NCBI GenBank assembly: GCA_053919585.1
Contig: CM132792.1
Direction: 5' to 3' (one strand)
Source of the DNA: Euprymna scolopes
Taxonomy: Eukaryota
Length of the DNA: 64,000 nt
The notes beneath the pieces were generated by a model. It was not told where the DNA came from and ran no database searches. It saw only the letters and a list, made by a program, of their open reading frames with translations. The first letter of the stretch is position 1, and each line of letters opens with the position of its first letter. Shown one piece after another: positions 50,731 to 64,000 of the stretch. The position numbers were made by a program, and so were the translations under genes.

Positions 50731-53700
50731 AAATCGCAAAATGTATATAATTAATTAATCTCAATTATTATAAACAAGTGTCTACTTTCATTGTGATAAT
50801 GATAATTAAACATAGAAGGAATACACATGGTGATGCTGATTATATTCATGAGAATTGATAATGATATATTTTAATAATAATTATAATTGAATAATAATGA
50901 GGACAATGTCGGGGAGATAATGGTTAAATCAAAATTCCAAACTCCAAATTTGAAGTCAAATAGATTGAACAATAGAAAATAATGTGGGCATGGCAAAAGA
51001 TAAAGTAAGTCAAGATCAAAATAAGTTTACATACTTAACTGTAATTATTTTCGCATGCATAAGTTTTTTTTATACATATACATATATTTATAGATATACA
51101 CAAGTGTGTTTATTCGTTTGGAATATATTTAAATGAAAATATTCCAGAGTTAGTCTTTAATATTATGTAACGGTGAATATTTTTATTGTTTAAATTTATA
51201 ATGTACTTGGCGGACATTAGAGGTTGAAACTTGTCAGAATAAACAGTTGGCGATTTGGAAGTTCTACTTAAGAGTGGTTTAATAGAGTACAGAAAACTAT
51301 TGATTTTAATTAGAACAAAAAAAAATAAAAGTAAAGATTAAGTTGAGGCTGATTATTAATTCCGTTTTATTTTGGGGGGTTAAGTCGTACTAAAGACATT
51401 TCTATAGTATAAGAATTGAAGCAAGAACGTCAACACAACACAGACAGATAATCTTAATGTCGTCGAATATTTCTAAGAATACTAAAACTCATTAAAAAGT
51501 TTCAGAAATATTTGGTATGGGATATAACATATATGTATACGTGAATGCTAAAATCTAAGTGGATGAATTGATTGACACATTTGCCGTATGCAGAGCTATT
51601 GCCTGGAATAATGGGTATATAGTCCTATGAAATTATTTCCCGGAGCAATGCTGACAAAGATGGTGTAGTAATGTAATTACCAATAATTAATTTTGTGGAT
51701 ACTGAAGTGAAAAGATGTATTTTGTGGAATCTTTGTATATGGCGTGTTTCATGGGGACTTAAGAGAAAGTGGTTAAGGAGGTATGAATTGTAATATAAGT
51801 ATGAATGATTAAGGAGGTATGGCTTGTTATAACTACCATTTATTGATGTTCTAATACACACCTCTTTAATTTTTTATCACGTCTAATCTTTAACAACAGG
51901 ACTGCTGAATAGAAAATTGTTCATTTATATTTTACATAAATGTCATCTCTCTCAAACAGACAAGATATGGTGACCCTAGGATAAGTATTTTTTATGTTAC
52001 AATGTAAAATACGATGTTCTGTTTTCTGCGTCTTGGTTAAGGTTATGTCCTGCCTTACGTTGTTATTTAAAATATTGCTTGATTATGTACATATGCATTA
52101 TATATGTACTGTATGTTGTTACTAAAGTTTAATGTCGTATCCCCTGGTTCCGATGTACTGCAAAATTTATCAAGGTTGATAAACAGATTAATATAAAATG
52201 ACATTTAAGTAAAAACTTGATGTTTTTGTTAGCTGATTCTCTTCATAAACATAAAAAGTAGGACGCATTTGATGGCAAAAACAATGTTCTTACTTTTCGT
52301 AAAAAACTAGTAAATTGTGTGACTCAGTAATTAGGGAATACATTTTAAAATAATTAAAATAAAACACATTTCTTATTTTTCTCCTACGTTTTCAATGTTT
52401 CTAATTGCCTATTTGGCACAGTTTTTTTAAGAAAACGTAAAACTCGTGCCGGAAGAGATGAGTAAATGAAGAAAACAACAAAACATTATTATGGTTAGAA
52501 ACGAATCAAACTAAAACTTTCTTCATCTATTACGTAAGGATGAAAACAAGAAATACAACAAATAATAGAATGAACAAAAGAAGCCAAAAGGACAGGAATT
52601 GATCTAGTGTGTTTTCTTCTTTTTTTTGGGGGGTGTAATTAGGAACATGAGCATTTGCCATTTCCCTTGTTTGCGGTTGATGTCGACTTAAGAACAGAAT
52701 CTAACAAGTTAATAGAATCAGTTAATCAACAATAACGTCTGAGTCTTTTTGTCATTATATTCGTGTTTTCTGTTTAGGAAGGTTCTTAAGACATGCAAGG
52801 GTAATCATAATTAATAATTAGTTATTATTCATAGTTGTTGGAAAAACAAAGTCATATAACTGAGAGTAGCTAACCTGAAGTGAGGTTGCGAAAAAAAATA
52901 CAATCTTCTTCGCGACCTTCTTCTCAGGTCTTGCAACAACAGTAACATAAAATAAAGGAATAAGTAACTCTTCACAAAGGAGGATGGTTTTTATAACAAT
53001 TACCTTACTCTATTAGTATAAATAACCACAAGGCTATTTTTCTTCTTGATTGTTGGAAGAGCATCTTCACCTCATTCAGCTACACTCAGGTAAGCTATAT
53101 ATTATTCACCACATAGTTTAACATTTTTTTCAGGGGAGAAAACAGCGTGATGATAATAAAGGATGGGTTCAACTAAGCAGAAGTGTATATAAAAAGACAA
53201 ACACGATGCTTTTAGGTCGAAGGTGAATACGCCCCCGTTGTAAATAGCTGCAAAGCAAGTCCCCGATAGTCTGTTCTGCACATGATTAGGTCTAGTAACG
53301 ACACTTAATTCACTTCTGTCGTTATATGATTCTAACTTTGGAATGCCAAATAATCTATTATTTAAATACTAACACAACTCCCAACCCTGTTTAATATATG
53401 TAATTTTAAAAGTAAACGATTCGACATAAACACCGAAAGCGTAAACTTATTTATAATTGTCATGGTAAAATTCACCGATACTTCGAGTCATTATACGGAC
53501 GATTTGTCGTGGGTGTAATAAAACTCCTTTATTCTGAGAATTTAACTATAGTTAATTTTTACAGTAATTTTACGGCGCATTATATTTCAAACTTTTTGTT
53601 TACTGAATTTTTTCATATTTCAAGACTAGTGAAACTTGTTAGGTCAAACATAAAAGAACTATCAATTTTTATGTGCAAGAATAAGGAAGATGATACTTCA

Positions 53701-54269
53701 CAAAGTTGCGTTGGTTAAAATACAATTCAAACAACTAATGCTTATCATAAAAATCTAAATTGAAATTCAAAGATGCAATACTTAATTTATAGTTAGAAAT
53801 AAATTCAATCCGCAGAAAATGATTTTATTCAGGGAATTTTGTTTTTCATTTCAAATCATTGAAATTGTATGGCAGCTTATAAATTATAAACACTGTAATC
53901 GGTTTCTTCTTTGTAATTCATTTTATTTGGTTGTTAAATTCATAGCAACAATGTATCGCGGACATTTGTGGAACGTTTGCCAAATCAGGTGGCACTATTC
54001 AATAATTAAGTTTTATATTGTCATAAAGTTACAAAATTATAATTAAAAAAATCTGTATAAACATTTTATTCAATCAAATCTCGTAGTTGTATTCGGCTGA
54101 GTAATTTGTTTCCTGAAAACATGCTGTAAACATGAAATAGAAAAGAATGTTTTGTAACAGAAATGTATAAATGCAAACAAAATCGCATATGATAAATTGT
54201 CTAGATCTCTCTGTATTCAGTTTGGCAAGCCTTATAACCATGTTAACAATAATTTAGATTTAATGAATT

Positions 54270-54812
54270 TCTACCAGGTCATAATATGCCGCCCCGTAAC
54301 GTGTGCCGCTCAGACAATACATCCACATTTTTCCTATTCAAATACGTCCAAATGTTCCGAGTTTTTAAAAGAAATACGGCATAAAATTTAAGATATATTG
54401 TTAGCTTCTATTTATTTTTATTTATGTTGTCTACTTTTTTTATTTTAGCCTCTTAAAATGCCCCCCTCCCCAGACATGGGCCGCTTGTAAAATAGGCACA
54501 CATTTTACTGATTTTGAGACCTCCAAAGTTCCGATTTTTTTCTACATTTTCGGTAAAAAAAACTCTGATTTTTTTGTTAGTATTGATTTTTTTCTATTTT
54601 ACTATTTTTTATTATTTAACCTCTGAAAATGCCGCACCTGATGCGTACCGATCATAAAATAGGGACGCATTTTTTTTATTCCTATATCTCTTATTTCAGA
54701 TTTTTTTGTAAGCTTTTATTTATTTTTTTTTTTACCCTCGCAAAATGACGCCCCTTAGAACCTGCCGCCCGGAACGGATCGCACCCCCGCCCCGCTCGTG
54801 CTACGCGGCAAA
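54270..54812. mobile_element. Non-autonomous DNA transposon end (hAT-like) with subterminal repeats
   Basis: Units ttt.a.cctct.aaaatgcc...taaaatagg..c.catttt at ~54443, ~54615 and ~54732. GC-rich terminus cgcacccccgcccgctcgtgctacgcggca. Confidence 0.55.
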
Positions 54813-55436
54813 TACGGAAATATTAGACATTATCAGGGGAAAAATATTGTCTGACGAAAAGTGCTGAAACGGAAGAGAAGAAATAAAGATTGTCTCTTAA
54901 GATATGATTATAATTTCTTACATTGAACTATGTATCACAATATTACTTTCTGTGTATTTATTATTATTTTATTTATTTATTCGGTCAGTTCTATACTTAA
55001 AAATAATGTTAACTATTTTAATTAAATATTGACAAACACATATTTGTTGCGTGTATTTGGTTTTTCTCTCCAATTCTTTAGTGCTATTCATAAAATAATA
55101 TAGCATCTTTACTTAAGCGTACTTGTTAATCTATAATATAAATCTCACTTTTCTGTTTAAATATATGTATGAATGTATGCATTAATGTATGTATGAAGGT
55201 GTGTCTCGCAAAAACTTTCGACAGAGGCGACATATTGTAACGATATCCATATCAATTTAAAGCTAGAATCTTCGAACGAAAAATACCGAAAAATACTGAA
55301 AAATTGGCAAAAAGTAGCCTCAGCCTTAACTAGTCACTTTTGAATAGGAAGAGGGGCTTTTTTGGGCCGGTATTTTCGAATGTAATCGAGTCTTTTCATT
55401 GTCTAGCCTTAATTTAAACCTTACGTAAATTCATTT

Positions 55437-55530
55437 GAAAATAATTTGAAAAAAAAAATAAAAACGTGACGCATTAGCTGTTGAAGCTAATGCGTCACGT
55501 TTTTATTTTTATTTTTTTCAAAGTATTTTC
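55437..55530. repeat. Long near-perfect inverted repeat
   Basis: aaaaataaaaacgtgacgcattagct-gttga-agctaatgcgtcacgtttttattttt: perfect 26-bp core, extending imperfectly to ~45 bp. Confidence 0.93.
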
Positions 55531-56755
55531 CTCCTTTACGGTACGGATTCGAGCCTGTCTACTGGGACTTTTTTTGCTCTCCCAATTTTCTTTTTTTCTT
55601 TTTTCTCCCAATCATCCTCCTTGCACACACACCTTTACTTTCTTCCTGCCTTCAACCACTTTTGTGTATGTGGGGATCAAAACACATCGACACAGTCCGG
55701 GTAACACTGGACAACCATTCTAGTTAAATATATTTCTCATTCTATGGAATATCCACGGTCCCTGCTGGTTCTTATCTTACACACAAAAACATATTTGTCT
55801 AATTTTATTCTCGTGCACTGTTAATTTACTTTTTATATTATTTTGTCACCCAAAACAAGGGAGAGGACTACTTGGATGCAAGATCATACAATTTTGGACA
55901 AAATTTGTTGATATAATATGTAGTAAAGTGAACAGCAAGATGTATGTTCACATTATATCTGAACTTCTCACGTCAGTACAGTAGTGGAGGCAGAGACCCG
56001 GAATGGAATTCTTAAATCTAGCATATCTAGGGAAGAAAGTAATAAAACGTCTTCCAGTATTTAGGGATAACTACAGTGTCGGTTTCGTAAGTATAGGATA
56101 TTTACGTCAGAAGGTACAATAGCGTGGAAGTCCTCGAATCACTTTCATTATAAATACTTGTAAAATACGCACCTATCATTGAATGGCGAACACAAGCAGG
56201 CACAATTAATTATCAGGATCTATAATATAAGGTCATTGTTATTCGTATTAATATTTATACGTTCCATTGCATCTTTGCATGCATTTTGGAAGCCTCCGTT
56301 GAGACTCGACAGATAATGAATACTCCTTTTAAGAGTGGATGCGCGTGTAATTATAAAGCACGGGTTGCGCCCTCCCCAAAATTCACTCTCCTGAAGTGGC
56401 ACTGATTGAGTATATCGGTAAGAAAAAATACTAGACGAATGAAAACAACGCTGAGATGACCGGAGAGCACATAGAACACTTGGAATTCCTATTTCAGTAC
56501 TTTCCACGCTCAAAGTTGCTTAACTATGAAGTTCTATCAGTAACAGATGTGTCAAAGTAATTATGCCGTATATGACTCATGACTTCACATCTTACGCATT
56601 ATCTTCGCTTCATGACAATATAACGCAATTCCAGCTCAATAGAAGTAGGCCTATATTTTAAATCGTATATTGAGACGGGACCGATTACTGAGCCACTGGT
56701 TTACTTATTAAACATGTATGGATATATCGTCTTTCTATGAGCAATTCTACACCCA

Positions 56756-56814
<59 letters not shown>

Positions 56815-58005
56815 GATACATTTATTAAAATGTATAATTTATTATTTTATTGATTTTTAGCCGAGAGGAGATATATTTGCAGTATAATTTATTTACTGTA
56901 TCATTTTTGGCGCCATTATCGTCTGATTGTTCACATTTTGTAACGAAAACATGAAAAAGGGGTGGAGGAGTCCTGCGAGCAAGCGGAGAAGGAAGAGACA
57001 GACATACTGTGAACGAAGGGTGGAAGAGGAAAGAGAATAGAAAGTTCATGGACGAGAAAGAGAGGATAGAGTAAAGATAGAGAGAACTAAACCGTATATA
57101 TAGAGAGATAAACTGTATAGTGAAACAGAGAGATAGACCGTCTAGAGAGAAAGAGGACTGAAAAAAAGTTGCCAACATGCAGTGGAGCTTTTCGCTTCAA
57201 AGCGACAAGACCTAAGTCAGCGAAAGTCGGGGTGGTGAAGCCAGCGAAAGGCGACGACAGCGTGGTAGCAGCGTCGGGGAGGTAAATATCAACGACACCA
57301 GCCGATGTTAGCGGCGACGATAAAGATCTGGTTTGATCAGCGGCCAAAGTTAAAATATTGACGGAATAAAATAATGAACCCAGCGAAGGAAGGATCAATG
57401 GAGCAGTGGACTTTTTACTATAAATCAAGGGCTTCGATGAGCTTCGGAAACAAATACTTGGATCAATTAACACGCACGCGCGTACTGAAACATAACTCAT
57501 CCGGAGGACAGAAATATGAAAATTAACCTGCGCGCGCGTAATTAAATATATAAACAATTTACAGGAAATAAATATGTATTAAAAAAAGACAAAAGAAAGG
57601 TTACATTTCACAGGACATTTCTTCAACATCTCTCTCTTACCCTAGAGCCTGTATCTAATTGAGCAGACGATGTCTTGTTTTATGTGAACATTGACTCTTG
57701 ATATATTTTCTCTCGGTAGAATTTGAATCATTAAATCATTTCATTTATTTAGACATATTTCATTTTCTTTTCTTTTCTTGAATTGTATTAATTTTTTTAT
57801 ATAAATAAAAGTTTGTGATTTTTTCGACGATACTTGTCCTCGTTATTTCTCATGTGATTTCGTTGTCCAGTACATTTCATTTTATTGCTGTCTTCGGGAC
57901 GGGTGTGCCATTCCCATAACAACGCAGTACCATGGAACCTGGGAAACTTTTTTTTATATATATATTTCGTTACGTCACCCATCTCTACCGTACACGTTAC
58001 GTCGT

Positions 58006-58059
<54 letters not shown>

Positions 58060-58217
58060 TTTACTAGAATAATTAATGAACATATATATATATGTATATC
58101 TAATTATTTACTGTAATAATTATTAAATATATATATATAATTATTTACTATAATAATGAGTAAATATATATATATATAATTATTTACTATAATAATTATG
58201 ATATATTTATAATTATT

Positions 58218-58274
<57 letters not shown>

Positions 58275-59688
58275 CCTGCTGCTAGTAATATAAAACACAG
58301 CTATGACTCGACGATTCGCCAAATGTAATTTTAGCAAGTACTGATTGAGTATCTTACACATTTTTTCTGACAGAAGTACACAGAACGTAGAAATTGAAAA
58401 AAAAACAGTGTTAAAATATTATCCAATAGTCAGCAGCCATTGTTTTTATTAGAATGAATATATATGTAGTATATTTTAATATTCACTACGATTGAAGATG
58501 TGTCCCTTACCCCAAACAGAAAATATCTTAGAACTTATTTTGTTTAAGACATTTCTACTGCACCACAACTTAAAACATGGCTCTATTCTAAGTTACAGAT
58601 TTTTAATGTTACAACTTTAAAACGTCAGTATGTATTATACTACGTATATAATTACAAATAACTTAATATTTTAATTAAATCATTGCTAGCCTAACGACAG
58701 AAAGTTAATAATTTTAAGTAAATTTTTATTATCAAAATCAAGAAATATTTCAAGATTCATTAATTTTCAACAGGTTTAATAAACGTAGTTGAGGAATACA
58801 AGTTTACATTAAGTAACTCTTTTTTTTATAATAGCAGCTTAACCGTACTACGAAAACTCAATGGAATATTATATTTTTACTCTACATTACCTTAAGCAGT
58901 CGATTTGGGTCTTGTTTACCATATTGTTATATCGTAATATAAGCAATTATTATGCCTCTGTCATTGTACAATTGTTATTAGAACACTTTCTTTTACGTAT
59001 AACACATGTTCCTTTATCTCAATATTACGATGTAGGTATTTTGTATATAGCACAAACCAAAATAAATACATATTTTCTCCGCTTTTTCAGTGCTTATGTT
59101 TATAGAATATTTTTTTTTTTTAATATAACTACAATTATTATCATTATCATTATCTGTATTGGTGTTATCGTTGTAATTTTGTTTTATTATTTTTGTTGTC
59201 TTCATTTTATGAATAGGGTGCTATCCACCGATTTAATAACTATTTTGATGTAACACAGTCCCTAATCATTTTTTATAATTTATTCTATGTAAAATATGTT
59301 TATTGATAAGATTTACTTATTTCTTACCGAGTCTCACTTCAAAACACGATTATATGCGTTACTGAACTTTATTGCACATCCATCCTTTTCTAATAAATAC
59401 TATATCAAGCATTATGTTTATTACATTTACTATGTTATTGTTTTTTGATAGAAGTTGCTTAATCTATTCCATAACTTTCAATGTAGCATCGTTGCAAAAT
59501 CCATATGGAATATTATATTAACATATTACTATTAATATTTACATATATTTTATATGTAGATGACTTTTTTCCATGTATATATTATATGTGCATGTCTAAT
59601 TAACATGTATGTATTATATGTAGGTGTCTTATTTACATATATGTATTATATGTAGATGTCTTGTACTTTATACAAACTAATAAATTTC

Positions 59689-59775
59689 ACATCCCGGTTC
59701 CCGTTCGATCACCAAAGTTAAGCAAAATTGGCTCTGGTCAGTCTTAAATGGTAAAACATTTTGGAATTCCAGTTA
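59689..59775 (+). pseudogene. 5S rRNA-derived fragment (pseudogene or SINE3 head)
   Basis: ccggttcccgttcgatcaccaaagttaagcaa..tggctctggtcagtcttaaatggt....tggaattccag resembles the internal part of metazoan 5S rRNA, including box A. 5' end missing; many substitutions. Confidence 0.75.
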
Positions 59776-62700
59776 TTTTATGTGATATGTGCCTATTACG
59801 ACATTTATTCCATTCGCCCTCGATAAATCCTTGACAGTGGACTCATGCAGTGCTAATTTAGTGACGGGATTGCGTAAATTGTTCCACATAATGATACGCG
59901 CAGCTACTCTTACAATATGGACACATTGTCCTTCCAGATTAATCAGAGACAAGTATGTATTATCTGTATTCTTATTACCATTCTGTTTCTATATGAACGC
60001 TCACAAAAAATAAATTAAAAACTGACATGTTAATTATTAAAATGTAATCTATTTCGTGCCTTACACTTTCTGTATGCCTTAAAATTTTTAAAGCTGTTTA
60101 TGGTATGTTGATAAATTACGTGTCTTATTATGGGAACATCATTTATTTTTTCACATTTTCATATAGGTTATTATTATGCAAGAGTATACTAAACATGATC
60201 AAGTCAAAATTAAGCATGAGTCCCTCTTAAATCTTGTTATAAAATAACTTATCGACGACTCGTAAACATTATGTAATATAGAGTAGGTTTTTCCAGGATA
60301 TTTTGCCATTCAGTTCTATTTGATTCGCTTAAACACTCGCATGGTCGGAAACATACCTTGTTTTATATTTATTTACTATTAAGAATAGAACAAAAATGAA
60401 TTTCATGGCTAAGTGAGTTTTAATTACACTGACATAAAAAAATAGATTTTCTTATGTCTTCTGATATTTCCAGCCTCACTAAAAGAACATTTCTGGCGAG
60501 AGGTCGCCATCTTGAAGCTTTATGCAAATCAGACTTTAATAACTGAGCAATATATTATGAACGCTTCACAGGGTTTGTTATGGACGAGAGAAAACAGATG
60601 ATGCACGAAATAAAGGGGAATCGACTTTATATTAAAAAGAAAACACTACCAATGACTCAGAATACGCTAACTTTTGTGTAAGTGCAGGAGTAGCAAATAA
60701 AACACTAGTTCTGCCGCTTCCCAATAGATAAAGAAGATTTGATTACTAGTTCAAAATTGCTTTAAATATTCCAGCCGGAATAGAATTAAACACATGGATT
60801 GTATCAACAGTTATAAGTAAATCCTACGTTTAGATTCGATACATTATGAGATTAAACACACAGATTTTTTATTTATTTTGCTATTGTTGTTAGAGAAGCA
60901 CTCAAATAACAATTCTGACTAAAATTTAAACAAGGTAATCAACTAGCAATTACAAGAACGACCGCCCTTTTTATTGTAACATCTAAACAATTGTGACTAA
61001 TACGGGCATGTGTTAAATATAANNNNNNNNNNNNNNNNNNNNNNNNNNNNNNNNNNNNNNNNNNNNNNNNNNNNNNNNNNNNNNNNNNNNNNNNNNNNNN
61101 NNNNNNNNNNNNNNNNNNNNNNNNNNNNNNNNNNNNNNNNNNNNNNNNNNNNNNNNNNNNNTCACCGGGTTTTAAATAATTTCGAACGAGAAAGATAACT
61201 GTGCAAATTGAATATATTTATCTGAGAATCCTATGACAAAAATACCTCATTACTACAGATCTTGGCAGCTATGTTTCCTATTAAAAATGTGTCTATTTCA
61301 AGCAATATTACTATTTTCCCCAAGTTTTCTTCTCAACATTAATCTACGTGATGGAAACGGGCATTATATAACATGGATATGACGATCGTGACTCAGGGCT
61401 TACAAGATTAATTTAGTTTATTTGGACAACTACTTCAATCGGTTCAATGAGAGTAAGTTCCATTTCTTTCATAGTCTTTTTCTAACGTGCAAATACGTCT
61501 ATACGTCAATATGAAATTTCGAAGAAAGTATAAGTATACAATTTCGCCCCTATACAATTACATTTATACAGTTTTAATGGTGTTACTATAGTAAATAATC
61601 CCGACGAAAAAAATATAGGCACTTAGAAACTGCTATTTTAAGAGTTTCGAAATATTTTATTATATTGGTTTCATACATATTGATTTAAATAGCTTTTTCT
61701 CATGCTCAATAATAACATAATGATTATGATAAATTATTTATGATACAGAATCAGTCACTGAGAATATAAGCCCGGCCAATGAAGGAATTATATGTAGTGC
61801 ATATACATGTTGTAGTTTTACTTAATCGAAAAATCATATTTAAGAAGGGCATAGGTATAAAATATATTATTCTCTTATTTTCTTACATCTGCAGTTTTAT
61901 TCTCAGAATTTGAAACAATAAAATGTTTCCACTTTTAGTTGTAAGTGTATCAACCCGCCAGAGGATAACGAGTAATGGGATCAATTGATCGTCTGTTGCT
62001 AGATTATTTATTAGGTGTTGGTAATGATTAATCGTAAAGATAATTTTTGGTTGTGAATTGGGGCATTTTACATCAACATTTTCGTTGTTACTAAATTTGA
62101 ACATAGCAATATTGTATTCATATTAACCGTTCTCCAGGCACCTCGTTCTTTAAAAAAAAATCCAAAAATAAACACAAGTTTAATCTACTATGTGTATGTA
62201 CGAAATGAGTACGCACATTTACTGAATAAAGTTGTTCGAATCAATTATCCTGCTAACTACAACTAAAACGTTTTTAGTCTAATGTCAACATGTTTTAGAT
62301 GTCTCGCCTGTTAAAATAATCATATTCTACATCACTTTCACGATAAACAGTCACTAAACTGCCGACTATGTTAGCACCTTACACTCATTACCATTTAAAC
62401 GCTACTGACTTTCGGGCCATAATAATAAGTAGGTAAAAATAAGTGAGGTTATAATAAAAATGACAAAATATTCCTGTAAATGTCTTACAATGAGGGCCCG
62501 ATTATTACAGCTCAGTTAAAAAATCATTATGGGTAGCCAAAAAGTAGTCATACCTTTTATGTGAGAAAAGGTTTGAAATAATTCGGAACAGTCAATCCCT
62601 ACCTAAATTGCAAAGTCGATGTTGTATTAACTAAAGCTGGACCAAAACCTTTCTACACTTGACTAACATCGTGTTGGTAATGTAAATTATACAGATATAA

Positions 62701-63118
62701 CAGAGCGAAGGTTATTACTGAATGATTCGTTAAATAATAGCATTCTAGTGGTTTGCCATGAGCGAACACTAATCATTGAACTAATTAGGTAATGTTCGAT
62801 TAGGTAAGTCTTATAAATAATATAGAAACACAGTTTTGCACTTGCGTACAACCCAATACACCGTTTAAGGTGATTGGAAATTACACACTCCCTGAAGACC
62901 GTTGAGATAATATAATGATTATAGAGGTAATATTTTGCAGAGATATATTTGCTGTGTGCAAAAATCATTCGTTTATCTCATACCACGAACATCCCCAGAG
63001 ATCGTTTACGTACACGTGTTGGATTATCTCATGACGGATTTCAACTGGAATCGCTATTCATATTATCTCTAAACCATTACAATTCATTTTAGATAATTCT
63101 AAGAGGTGTGGGCGAGAA

Positions 63119-63163
<45 letters not shown>

Positions 63164-63384
63164 ATAATAAATATATTAAACATTCTCTTTATACATATAA
63201 ATATATGTGTATATATATACATATATATATGCCTGTGTGTGTGTGTGTGTGCGTGTGTGTGTGTGTGTGTCTTTTAATTTGCAGCGCTGGGTTTTCACTT
63301 AATCAATATTTATATTAATATTTTTTTTAAAATATAAAGATTAATAAAAGAGAATGTTTAAATACTGTAACATTTGCAATAAAC

Positions 63385-63434
63385 ATTATATAGGGTCATA
63401 TGGGATGCTGCATATCGTATAGCGACTATCTTTT

Positions 63435-63487
<53 letters not shown>

Positions 63488-64000
63488 CTGAAATTGTTTT
63501 GTTTGCTTGATTACTTTAATGTTCAAACCGTCTCTCCTGTTCCGATTTAAGAGTCCTGTTTAAGATCTCCGTTTTCGCGCAAACATCTGATACATACATA
63601 CGATATAGGTGAGATTTAATAATTAACAATAAACAACGATGAAGTAAGTATTTAGAAGAAATACATTTAAAAATGTTTAATTTACGTCATTAAATTATTT
63701 TAAAAAATGTCCAATATATATTTCCGCGTGAGTTAAACATATTTCCTCTCCTGTTCTGGTTTAAGAATCAGATTTAGTATCTCCGATTTGACGCACATAC
63801 ATGGTTCATACAAAGGGTATAGGCAATATTTATTAATATACAAAAAATAACGATATAACAATTGTTTAAAAGAACTATTTTTTAAATGACCAGTTTACGT
63901 GATTGAAACATATTTTCATTGCCCAATATATATTTGTGCGTGATTAAAACACATTTCTTTTTATTTCAATTTTTTTAGAGTAATCTGCGTACATTTTCAT
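63385..64000 (-). mobile_element. Helentron-type element or satellite with ~214-bp tandem units
   Basis: ctctcctgtt at 63532 and 63746 start diverged units, with a third partial unit. Imperfect hairpin at 63389-63430 followed by (TA)n. Confidence 0.6.

Noticed and set aside
54851-54875. CTGACGA...GAAAC as a hammerhead
   Set aside because: No pairable stem II or stem I.
58861-59253. 130-aa hydrophobic ORF as a membrane protein
   Set aside because: Composition (F/I/Y/L) is explained by T-rich low-complexity DNA; no recognisable motif.
60495-60535. YY1-like cgccatctt plus octamer atgcaaat as an snRNA-type promoter
   Set aside because: No recognisable snRNA or other transcript body nearby; two short motifs are insufficient.

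Overview
AT-rich, gapped (N-run) eukaryotic scaffold, most likely an invertebrate draft assembly. The window is mostly decayed transposons and microsatellites, and I cannot confidently call any intact host protein-coding gene; most ORFs in the supplied track are microsatellite or gap artefacts or TE fragments. Recognisable elements: one complete but decayed Ty3/Gypsy (Mag-like) LTR retrotransposon (9248-14837) with a CR1-type LINE nested in its integrase; one near-complete and several partial CR1-type LINEs; RTE-type relics; Penelope-like elements (PLEs), one with an inverted-arm structure (36785-40210); mariner and DD37D/maT transposon relics; MITEs; non-autonomous Helitrons and Helentron-type elements; and a 5S rRNA-derived fragment. 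Four signals stand out. (1) Many minimal hammerhead-ribozyme motifs, mostly degenerate, including a non-coding ~430-nt direct-repeat-bounded element with two tandem hammerheads (retrozyme-like, two related copies). (2) The LTR element has no tRNA primer site, but the sequence at that position is complementary to its own LTR across the AATAAA, suggesting self-priming or poly(A) occlusion. (3) Three tandem Helitrons each carry a tRNA-like Pol III module. (4) Two non-TE-looking islands (26.3-26.7 kb and 56.2-57.6 kb) may be host regulatory or exonic sequence. All calls were made by eye, and boundaries of old relics are approximate.
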